This document shows positions 46,481 to 54,458 of a stretch of 64,000 nt of DNA, in pieces. Source of the stretch: Candidatus Bathyarchaeia archaeon (GTDB lineage: Archaea > Thermoproteota > Bathyarchaeia > Bathyarchaeales > Bathycorpusculaceae); the NCBI GenBank assembly GCA_038883775.1, contig JAVZLM010000003.1:32001-96000 (forward strand), written 5' to 3'. How positions within the stretch are numbered: the stretch's first letter is position 1; each line of letters begins with the position of its first letter. Both the position numbers and the translations under genes were made by a program. The notes beneath the pieces are model-generated. The model was given only the letters and a program-made list of their open reading frames with translations, did not search any database and had not been told where the DNA came from.

Positions 46481-48871
46481 ATGAATTCGAAAAAAGTTGC
46501 TTTGATGTTTGTATTGTCGCTGGTTCTCTTTGCTTCTTTAATGGTTCATTCGTCTCCTAGGAAGGTTGCATTGGCTGCCGAGGTTCAGAAGGGACCGCGG
46601 GCTCCAGAGTTTCAGATGATTCTTAAGGCTACGACTGAGGCTGCTTATGCCTCTTTGGTTGCTGGTGAACTTGAGTATATAGGCGGTTTGCTTCCAGCCC
46701 AATTTGAGGATGCTCAGAGGCGTCCCGAAATAACAACTTATCTCGAACTTATTTATAGCATGCAAGATGAAGCCATTATGAGCAACTATTCCATGCCCTC
46801 TCAGAAGTCTCATCCTAACGCTCCACCAGGCTCCAGCGGAATCCTCCGCAGTCCAACAAACGATGTGAACTTTAGGAAGGCTGTAAACCACCTGTTCAAC
46901 AAGGACTGGATCTGCGAAACCGTTTGGAAGGGGCTTGTTGAAAGAATTGATGTGCCAATTGCTGCCCCATCCAAGGGTTGGATGAACACAAGCTGCTTCA
47001 ACCTTTACCCATTCAGCTTTGAACAGGCAATAGCCAAACTCACGGACCCAGCCGTTTACGGAAGCGCTCAAAACGGCTGGTACGACTACGACGGAGACGG
47101 CATAAGAAACTATCCTCTTGACTGGCCGGGCGTTCAAGGCCAACCAGGCGTTAGAGACGAGCCAAACATGCTTCCACTTCAGTACTGGATTTACGACGAC
47201 CCACCGCAGAGATACGAGTTCGCCCACAACGTGGCAGAAAACCTAAGAAGCATAGGCATCCCAGTAGATGAGCACGTTGCACCCTTCCAGCTTATAAACG
47301 ACCAGTGCTTCTGCGCCTACGATTACCACCTAAGCTCAGACGGTTGGGCTGTGGGAAGGTTCCCAACATACATACAATTCTTCTTCGACAGTGAACTGTG
47401 GATTCCAGGATATTGTGGAGCCAACTGCTACACAGGTGGCAATGAGCCTTGGACTGCTGAGATAGACGAGGCTGTTAGGGCTGTAAGGTATGCTGCAACC
47501 CCAGAGGATAGCAGAGTAGCATGCCTTTACGCTCAGTGGCTGCTTGTGGACAAGTGGGCTGTTGGCATGATTCCGCTTTACACGCCTAAGGCTGCATACG
47601 CCGTTAGAAACGTTTTGGGCGCCGTCAAATTCTTCGGAGCATCGCCCTTCAACGAGTTAGCCATGATGAACATGTTCCGAATTGACGATCCAAACGCCCC
47701 AATAAGGATGGGATTCGACTTCCCACCAAACGTTAACACGATCTACTGCATGTGGGCTGTGGGCTACACAATAATGCAGATGACATGGGAATTCCCAATG
47801 CAGCTTAACCCATTAGACCCCATGTATGAGATGCCTTGGGGCGCCATAGACTGGGACGTAGGAACATGGGTTGATCCCGCTGACGGCAAAACAAAAACTG
47901 TCACCAAATGGTGGTTTAGGCCAGGAACCAAATACATAGCGCCGGTAACAGGAGAACCCTTAGACGACTTCACTGCGGCATCAAACATTTTCGGAATGTG
48001 GTACGTCTATCAGACGACAGATGCCTGGTGGTGGAGCGACTTCAGAGACCTCCACCACATAAGAGTAGACCCAACAAACCCATACTACTTCGAAATATAC
48101 TTCAACAGGTTCAGCTGCTGGTTCTACTTGGATACGCCCTATTCCACAAACTTGGGAATCTACCCGCCAGCCTACAAGGTTTATCCGCTATGCGACAACC
48201 CAGACCACACGTACACAAGCGGGCAACCAGTAGACCCAATAGTTAGAGTGTTCGTTGAAGGCGAAAATATGTCGACTCCAGGCGACTTGGCATTGCCATG
48301 GCAAACGAAATATGCGCCAGTAGAAATAGTCTCCATAGTACAGCAGGGCGTTGGCCCACTAAAGCCGTCAGACACAACGGGCAATTATGACTACGAAATG
48401 GTTAAGGGCAAAATCCACATATACAAAGACCTGCCAAACGGAGCAGTAATAACAGTCACATACTACGGCAGAGGAGAAGCCTACGGCACAACACCAGGAG
48501 ACATTCCATGGGACAAAATCTTCATAGGAGCAGGAAAATGGTACATGACCTACTTAGACCTACTGGCAGGCGCATACTTTAAGGCTAACAGAAACTACTG
48601 GGCTGAAACTCCGCCATTAGGCGAAACAGACTGGTACTACTGGAGAATTGAAGGACCCAAACCAAGAAAAGGCTACTTCCAAATCAACATATATGACGTG
48701 GTAGTAGCCACAGGCGCCTACGGAACCCAAGGCAGATACACCCCAGACCCAGCCTTCACAGTATCCGCAGACCTAGCCCCATCAGCCGACGGCCTAGGAG
48801 GCAAAATAGACATCTACGACGTAGTCACCATAACAGGAAGCTACGGAACCAAATTCTGGGAAATCAAATAA
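46481..48871 (+). CDS. Opp/Dpp-type (family 5) ABC substrate-binding protein with C-terminal dockerin
   Basis: PTNDVNFRKAVNHLFNK, A..L..IGIPV, IPLY, FIGAGKWY..Y..FKANRNYW; tail INIYDVV..TGAYG...DLAP...GKIDIYDVV..TGSYG; directly upstream of oppBC. ATG 46433 lies in the TATA box, so the start is placed at 46481. Confidence 0.8.
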   Translation: MNSKKVALMFVLSLVLFASLMVHSSPRKVALAAEVQKGPRAPEFQMILKATTEAAYASLVAGELEYIGGLLPAQFEDAQRRPEITTYLELIYSMQDEAIMSNYSMPSQKSHPNAPPGSSGILRSPTNDVNFRKAVNHLFNKDWICETVWKGLVERIDVPIAAPSKGWMNTSCFNLYPFSFEQAIAKLTDPAVYGSAQNGWYDYDGDGIRNYPLDWPGVQGQPGVRDEPNMLPLQYWIYDDPPQRYEFAHNVAENLRSIGIPVDEHVAPFQLINDQCFCAYDYHLSSDGWAVGRFPTYIQFFFDSELWIPGYCGANCYTGGNEPWTAEIDEAVRAVRYAATPEDSRVACLYAQWLLVDKWAVGMIPLYTPKAAYAVRNVLGAVKFFGASPFNELAMMNMFRIDDPNAPIRMGFDFPPNVNTIYCMWAVGYTIMQMTWEFPMQLNPLDPMYEMPWGAIDWDVGTWVDPADGKTKTVTKWWFRPGTKYIAPVTGEPLDDFTAASNIFGMWYVYQTTDAWWWSDFRDLHHIRVDPTNPYYFEIYFNRFSCWFYLDTPYSTNLGIYPPAYKVYPLCDNPDHTYTSGQPVDPIVRVFVEGENMSTPGDLALPWQTKYAPVEIVSIVQQGVGPLKPSDTTGNYDYEMVKGKIHIYKDLPNGAVITVTYYGRGEAYGTTPGDIPWDKIFIGAGKWYMTYLDLLAGAYFKANRNYWAETPPLGETDWYYWRIEGPKPRKGYFQINIYDVVVATGAYGTQGRYTPDPAFTVSADLAPSADGLGGKIDIYDVVTITGSYGTKFWEIK

Positions 48872-48892
48872 GCAATAAAACAACCAAACACT

Positions 48893-48908
48893 CCCCCCTT
48901 TTTATTTT
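48893..48908 (+). terminator. CCCCCCTTTTTATTTT terminator-like site
   Basis: Between the SBP stop and the permease promoter. Confidence 0.65.
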
Positions 48909-48914
48909 AAAGCC

Positions 48915-48925
48915 AAACCTTAAAT
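48915..48925 (+). promoter_or_regulatory. BRE/TATA AAACCTTAAAT upstream of oppB
   Basis: About 34 nt before ATG 48959. Confidence 0.65.
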
Positions 48926-48958
48926 ATTCACAGTTTCATCTCATAATAAGAGGGGAAA

Positions 48959-49951
48959 ATGGGCTTCAAAACCTACCTAGTTAAAAGGACCATATATAGC
49001 CTAGCACTTTTATGGGCTATAATGTCAGTAAACTTCATAATCTTCTCCCTTATACCAGGAGACCCAATCGGCAGATGGGTTAAAAACCAAGAGGCAGCCA
49101 TATCAAAAGAAGAAATAATGGAGTTAAGGCGAATCTACGGGCTGGATATGCCACTCCACGAAAGATACTTCTTGTATCTTCAAAACATGTTAACATGGAA
49201 CTTTGGAAGATCACGATACACACAAGCAGACATAAAAACAGACATAATGAATAGACTTGGAAACACCCTCTTACTCTTGGGAATAGCAGACGGCTTCACA
49301 ATATTTGCCGGAACATTGTTAGGCGTATTAGTTGCATACAAAAGAGGCTCAAAATTAGACACAGCATTAGTCACAGCCTCCCTAGGCACATACAGCCTAC
49401 CAGTCTTCTGGTTAGGATGGCTAATACTCTTCTTTTTCGCCATATACCTAAAATGGTTCCCAGTTGGGGGAATATACCCAGCCGAATGGATGAAACAGTG
49501 GCCCACAAGCATAGTAGAAATAATTGCTGGAAGACTGAAACACATAGTCCTCCCAGTTTTAACCCTTTTCATCTTTAACGTAGGCGGATGGCTACTATTA
49601 ACAAGGTCATGCGTACTCGAAGCCATAACCGAAGACTACGTAGTAACAGCAAGGGCAAAGGGATTAAGCACAAGAAAAGTCTTGTTAAACCACGTCTTAA
49701 GAGTTGCATCCCTACCAATCGTCACATCTCTAGCTTTAACATTAGCTGGACTTTGGAGCGGCGCAATTGTAACCGAAACCGTTTTCAGTTATGAGGGAAT
49801 GGGAAGGTGGATTTGGAGGGCCATCGGATTACAAGACATACCAATCATGTACGTTGTTTTCTACATATCCGCCCTCACAATAATCATTGCCAACTTCATG
49901 GCAGACCTCATTTATGGAGTATTAGATCCAAGAATAAGAGTCGGGGGATAA
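48959..49951 (+). CDS. oppB: Oligopeptide/dipeptide ABC permease B
   Basis: PGDP, YGLD.P, EDYVVTARAKGL, ETVFSYEGMG, ADLIYGVLDPRIR. Confidence 0.92.
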   Translation: MGFKTYLVKRTIYSLALLWAIMSVNFIIFSLIPGDPIGRWVKNQEAAISKEEIMELRRIYGLDMPLHERYFLYLQNMLTWNFGRSRYTQADIKTDIMNRLGNTLLLLGIADGFTIFAGTLLGVLVAYKRGSKLDTALVTASLGTYSLPVFWLGWLILFFFAIYLKWFPVGGIYPAEWMKQWPTSIVEIIAGRLKHIVLPVLTLFIFNVGGWLLLTRSCVLEAITEDYVVTARAKGLSTRKVLLNHVLRVASLPIVTSLALTLAGLWSGAIVTETVFSYEGMGRWIWRAIGLQDIPIMYVVFYISALTIIIANFMADLIYGVLDPRIRVGG

Positions 49952-49953
49952 AC

Positions 49954-51573
49954 ATGGCCACATACAAAGAGAGAGCAGCCTTCACACTTAAAAGACTAAA
50001 AAATTTCTGGAGGGATTTCTCCAGAAGCAAAAGAGGAGTCCTAGGAGTTGTCATCATACTATTCTACATTATAGTAGCCTTAATAGGTCCACTATTCATA
50101 ACAATTGACCCCCTCTTTCCAACAATGCCAGGATACTACCCAGCAGGCCCAGCTCCAATAGCTGATGTTCTATGCAAACCCACATGGTACAAGTACTTTC
50201 CAGGCAGAAGCGGCATGTCAGAAAACATGAAGTTAATATCAGATCACGAGTTCTCCTCAATCAAAGCAATGGAGGCTTGGGATCAAAAGACTAACGCTCC
50301 AAACTTAATAAGCTATGCATATAACCCAACAGCGGGATCCCACAACAACGACGGATGCATCGAAATATCCTATAACCGCCCAGCCGATTACACTAGCACT
50401 GAAACACCATACCTTCAAATAACCCACAACTTTACCTATCCATACCAGGAAAGCCCAAGAAAATTCTGGATACACCTCTCCTTCCTCCTCAACGGCACAA
50501 TAACAAGGGAAAGTTACGTGTCAATAGAAGTATCATTTTACAGAATTCAAACCCCCCCACCGCCATTAAATTATACGTACCCAAGTTCTCTAACAACGTA
50601 CATAGACTCATTAATAATTTACAAATACCCACTACATAGCATAAATACAACTAGTCCCTCCGCAACCTGGACTCACATGTGGATCACCTCAACCAGAGAC
50701 AGCATAATGTACGATCCAAAATACTACCTCAAACCATGCGCCATCATATTTCCAACATCAGGCAATTACACATTTGAAATTAAAGTAAGCTTTTACGACA
50801 CAGCAACCACTGAAAGAGAAATAAAAGTTTATCTCGACAATTTAGACGTGCTAATTTACGGAGAAGCCTACGGCATACTCGGAACAGACTATAAGACAGG
50901 AGGCCCAAGAGACAACCTAATATCCCTCGTATACGGCGCAAGAATCTCAATATTCGTCGGTTTACTCGCAACCTTTATCTCCGTCAGCCTCGGCTTACTC
51001 GTAGGATTAACAGCAGGATACGTTGGAGGATTAGGCGACGAAGCACTAATGAGACTTGCAGACTTCCTCATGTGCCTCCCAGGCTTGCCATTATATATTG
51101 TGCTGATGGTAGTCTTAGGAAGCTCCATATGGAACGTAATATTACTCATGTCCTTCCTTGGATGGATGGGTTTCTCACGCCAAATAAGATCCATGACCCT
51201 ATCATTACGCGAAAGAGCCTTCGTTGAAGCCGCCAAGGCCGCCGGAGCAGGCAAAGTCTGGATCCTATTTAAGCATATTCTCCCAAACGTCTTCGCGCTA
51301 GTTTACATAGCATTAGCAGTTTCAGTTCCAGGAGTTGTATTAACAGAAGCAACATTAAGTTGGCTCGGACTATTCGATCCAAAACAAATATCATGGGGAA
51401 GAATGCTTCACGAATTCTCCCAAGCAGGTGTTGCAGTTGCAAGAGGCATCGAAGATTACTGGTTCTGGGTGATTCCACCAGGCATAGCCATCGCCTTATT
51501 AGCGATAGCCTTCGTGTTGCTCGGCTACTCTTTAGATGAAATATTAAATCCCAAGCTTAGAGTAAGACGTTAA
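49954..51573 (+). CDS. oppC: Oligopeptide/dipeptide ABC permease C with large extracellular insertion
   Basis: ILGTD..G.RD, YGARISI.VG, ERAFVEAAKAAGA, HILPN, DEILNPKLR; start at ATG 49954. Confidence 0.9.
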   Translation: MATYKERAAFTLKRLKNFWRDFSRSKRGVLGVVIILFYIIVALIGPLFITIDPLFPTMPGYYPAGPAPIADVLCKPTWYKYFPGRSGMSENMKLISDHEFSSIKAMEAWDQKTNAPNLISYAYNPTAGSHNNDGCIEISYNRPADYTSTETPYLQITHNFTYPYQESPRKFWIHLSFLLNGTITRESYVSIEVSFYRIQTPPPPLNYTYPSSLTTYIDSLIIYKYPLHSINTTSPSATWTHMWITSTRDSIMYDPKYYLKPCAIIFPTSGNYTFEIKVSFYDTATTEREIKVYLDNLDVLIYGEAYGILGTDYKTGGPRDNLISLVYGARISIFVGLLATFISVSLGLLVGLTAGYVGGLGDEALMRLADFLMCLPGLPLYIVLMVVLGSSIWNVILLMSFLGWMGFSRQIRSMTLSLRERAFVEAAKAAGAGKVWILFKHILPNVFALVYIALAVSVPGVVLTEATLSWLGLFDPKQISWGRMLHEFSQAGVAVARGIEDYWFWVIPPGIAIALLAIAFVLLGYSLDEILNPKLRVRR

Positions 51574-51576
51574 ACC

Positions 51577-51957
51577 TTAACCTTTACTCAAAGAATCTAT
51601 TTTTTCATCTAAAAATCTCCAAAAATCATCCTCAATTTTTTCCAAAGCCTCTAAAGACTTCAAACCTTTCGATAAAAACCATCCACCGCCCAAAAATGAT
51701 GTCAACCAGCCAAACTTAACAAACGAACGAGAACGCCTTCCAGCCTCAAAAACCACCAAGAAATCATCAGGTTTCCCTCTAATAAAAACTTCAATGTGTT
51801 CGCATAAGTCATGAATGCGCCTAGGAGCTGCTGTAATCTTATACTCTTCCGATGAACACTGCATATTCGTCAAAAAACCCCTATGCTTAAAGAAACCCTC
51901 TAAAACTTCACACAGCAACTTTAAGTTAATATTTTTTCGAATCCACCGACTCTGCAT
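51577..51957 (-). CDS. Hypothetical protein inserted antisense within the opp cluster
   Basis: 126 aa ORF with a GAGG RBS that fills the oppC-oppD gap. Confidence 0.7.
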   Translation of the reverse strand: MQSRWIRKNINLKLLCEVLEGFFKHRGFLTNMQCSSEEYKITAAPRRIHDLCEHIEVFIRGKPDDFLVVFEAGRRSRSFVKFGWLTSFLGGGWFLSKGLKSLEALEKIEDDFWRFLDEKIDSLSKG

Positions 51958-52025
51958 GTTCCTCTAATTTGTAAATAAAGTTCTTACTAAAAAATTTTTG
52001 GAAAAGCTTTCCATCTATAATGGCT

Positions 52026-52036
52026 AAACCTTAAAT
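52026..52036 (+). promoter_or_regulatory. BRE/TATA AAACCTTAAAT upstream of oppD
   Basis: Identical to the 11-mers at 46424 and 48915. Confidence 0.55.
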
Positions 52037-52110
52037 AGCAATGCTTCCACTTAAAGCAAGATGGAAGGCAATCAGCTTTCAAACCTTGCAAGGGGAGGAA
52101 AACAAAAGAC

Positions 52111-53073
52111 ATGGAATTACTTAATGTCAACAACTTAAAAACTTACTTTTTCACACTGAGTGGTGCAGTGAAGGCTGTAGACGGCGTAAATTTTGTAATT
52201 GAAAAAGGAGAAGCAATGGGGTTAGCCGGAGAATCCGGTTGCGGAAAAACCACAGTAGCCCTATCGCTTTTAAGAATTCTTCCACCAGGAGGAAAAATTG
52301 TTGGCGGAAAAATCCTATTCAAAAACTTAAACATAGTCGACTTAGATGAAAGTGATCTGCGGAATAAGGTAAGATGGAAAGGAATTTCTTTAATATTCCA
52401 AGGAGCAATGAATGCGCTTAACCCCGTCCACAGGGTAAAGGACCAAATTATAGAAGCAATAAAGTTACACGAACCGCATGTAACAAAGGATGAAGCTAAA
52501 GAAAGAGTTTTAAAACTCTTTGAAATGGTAGGTTTAGATCCTTCAAGGGTTAACAGTTATCCTCATGAATTAAGTGGAGGAATGAAGCAGCGTGCCATGA
52601 TAGCAATGGCTCTAGCGTGCAACCCCGAACTTTTGATAGCGGATGAACCTTCAACAGCATTAGACGTTATAGTTCAAGCTCAAGTCCTCCAACTTATAAA
52701 GCATTTAAAAGAAAAACTACAGTTATCCATGATACTTATATCTCATGATCTGTCAATTGTTGCCGAAACATGCGATAAAGTGGCTATTATGTATGCGGGA
52801 AAAATAGTAGAATACGGAGATGTCAAAACACTTTTCGAGGAACCTCTACATCCATACGCACAAAGTTTGATAAAGGCCTTTCCACACATTAAAGAAGCTA
52901 AGACCCGCTTAATTTCTATACCAGGCGCTCCCCCAGATCTAATAAATCCTCCCACTGGTTGTCGATTCCACCCCAGATGCAGTTATAGTATGGAAATTTG
53001 TAAGAAAAAAGAACCGCCTATGATAAATGTTAAGGGTAACGCGCATTACGTAAGTTGTCACCTTATTGGTTAA
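52111..53073 (+). CDS. oppD: Oligopeptide ABC ATPase D
   Basis: GESGCGKT, LSGGMKQR, IADEP, HPY..GCRFHPRC tail. Confidence 0.93.
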   Translation: MELLNVNNLKTYFFTLSGAVKAVDGVNFVIEKGEAMGLAGESGCGKTTVALSLLRILPPGGKIVGGKILFKNLNIVDLDESDLRNKVRWKGISLIFQGAMNALNPVHRVKDQIIEAIKLHEPHVTKDEAKERVLKLFEMVGLDPSRVNSYPHELSGGMKQRAMIAMALACNPELLIADEPSTALDVIVQAQVLQLIKHLKEKLQLSMILISHDLSIVAETCDKVAIMYAGKIVEYGDVKTLFEEPLHPYAQSLIKAFPHIKEAKTRLISIPGAPPDLINPPTGCRFHPRCSYSMEICKKKEPPMINVKGNAHYVSCHLIG

Positions 53074-53093
53074 GTTGATGGAGAGATAACAAA

Positions 53094-54089
53094 ATGAGCG
53101 AAACAATAGTTAAAGTAGTAAATTTGAAAAAATGGTTTCCTGTAAAATTGGGTTTCTTTAAAACATTAGTTTCCCGCAAGCAACTTTATGTTCGCGCGGT
53201 AGACGGCATAAACTTAGAAATAAAAAAGGGAGAAATTTTTGGACTTGCAGGCGAAAGTGGGAGTGGAAAGACCACTACAGGACGGTTACTTGTTAAACTT
53301 ATTGAACCAACATCCGGACAAATTTTCTTTGGTGATAAAGATGTAACTAACCTTCCAGAAAGCCAATTTAAGCCTTTCCGTCAAAAAATACAAATAATTT
53401 TCCAAGATCCATATGAGTCGCTTAATCCTAGAATGACAATTTTTGACATTATAGCTGAACCTTTACGCCTTCAAGCTGGTTTAAGCGGATCTGAACTTGA
53501 TGAAAAAGTTTTCAAAGTCTTAACCGACGTAGGTTTAGTTCCGCCTCATGAGTTCATTTTTAGATTCCCCCACGAGTTAAGCGGAGGACAAAGGCAACGA
53601 GTGGCTACGGCGAGAGCTTTATCGCTGAGTCCAGATTTCATAGTTGCTGACGAACCAGTGTCAATGTTAGATGTATCTATCAGAGCAGAAGTTTTAAATT
53701 TAATGTTCGATTTAATGAAGAAGTACCATGTGTCTTTCCTTTACATCACACATGATTTAGCATTAGCTCGACACATCTGCGACGAAATAGCTATAATGTA
53801 TCTTGGTAAAATCATGGAAAAGGGACCTACAGAAAAAGTCATTTATGAACCTTTGCATCCCTACACAAAAGCCCTAATATCAGCTGTTCCTGTTCCTGAC
53901 CCATCATCAAAACGAGCGGAAATAGTGATAAAAGGAGAAATTCCAAGTCCAGTTAACCCACCCCCAGGCTGCAGATTCCACACAAGATGTCCAGAATACA
54001 TTGGCGACGTGTGTAGAACAAAAGAGCCAACGCTTATAAATGTGGGAAAGGCTCATTATGTTGCATGCCATTTATACTCTAAACCTTAA
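53094..54089 (+). CDS. oppF: Oligopeptide ABC ATPase F
   Basis: GESGSGKT, FQDPYESLNP, LSGGQRQR, DEPVSMLDVS, GCRFHTRC. Confidence 0.93.
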   Translation: MSETIVKVVNLKKWFPVKLGFFKTLVSRKQLYVRAVDGINLEIKKGEIFGLAGESGSGKTTTGRLLVKLIEPTSGQIFFGDKDVTNLPESQFKPFRQKIQIIFQDPYESLNPRMTIFDIIAEPLRLQAGLSGSELDEKVFKVLTDVGLVPPHEFIFRFPHELSGGQRQRVATARALSLSPDFIVADEPVSMLDVSIRAEVLNLMFDLMKKYHVSFLYITHDLALARHICDEIAIMYLGKIMEKGPTEKVIYEPLHPYTKALISAVPVPDPSSKRAEIVIKGEIPSPVNPPPGCRFHTRCPEYIGDVCRTKEPTLINVGKAHYVACHLYSKP

Positions 54090-54102
54090 AATCTTCAAAA
54101 TT

Positions 54103-54345
54103 TCATGAGCCTTGAAGCCCTTTAGTTCCTTGTTCTGATTCTTTTATTTTTGATAGAATCCAATCTTTATAGGCTGCCACAACTCCCCAAGCTATAAATA
54201 TTCCAATTGTTGCTAAGGCATTAAATGGTGAAGGAAGCCATACAAGGGCCAAAACTAAAAGGAAAGGTGTTAAAGTTACCAAAATACCAGCAATCACAAT
54301 AACCCAAAAATATTTGGAACGTAAGATAGAACCTAGTAGTCCCAT
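54103..54345 (-). CDS. Small 2-TM membrane protein
   Basis: Hydrophobic ORF; start at ATG 54345 or 54366. Confidence 0.6.
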   Translation of the reverse strand: MGLLGSILRSKYFWVIVIAGILVTLTPFLLVLALVWLPSPFNALATIGIFIAWGVVAAYKDWILSKIKESEQGTKGLQGS

Positions 54346-54458
54346 ATTTACGAACCATGTTTGCATAAAATAAAAAGGTTTCTCTTCTACTTTTAGTGCA
54401 TTTACCTCAAGAATAAAATATTAATTGTTCTTATTATATTATAACATTTATTGAAAAT

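Noticed and set aside
46538-47227. 229-aa minus-strand ORF
   Set aside because: Antisense shadow of the SBP gene; the other short overlapping ORFs in the track were rejected for the same reason
54081-54092. Fourth AAACCTTAAA promoter-like site
   Set aside because: It is the Lys-Pro-stop end of oppF with no plus-strand gene close downstream
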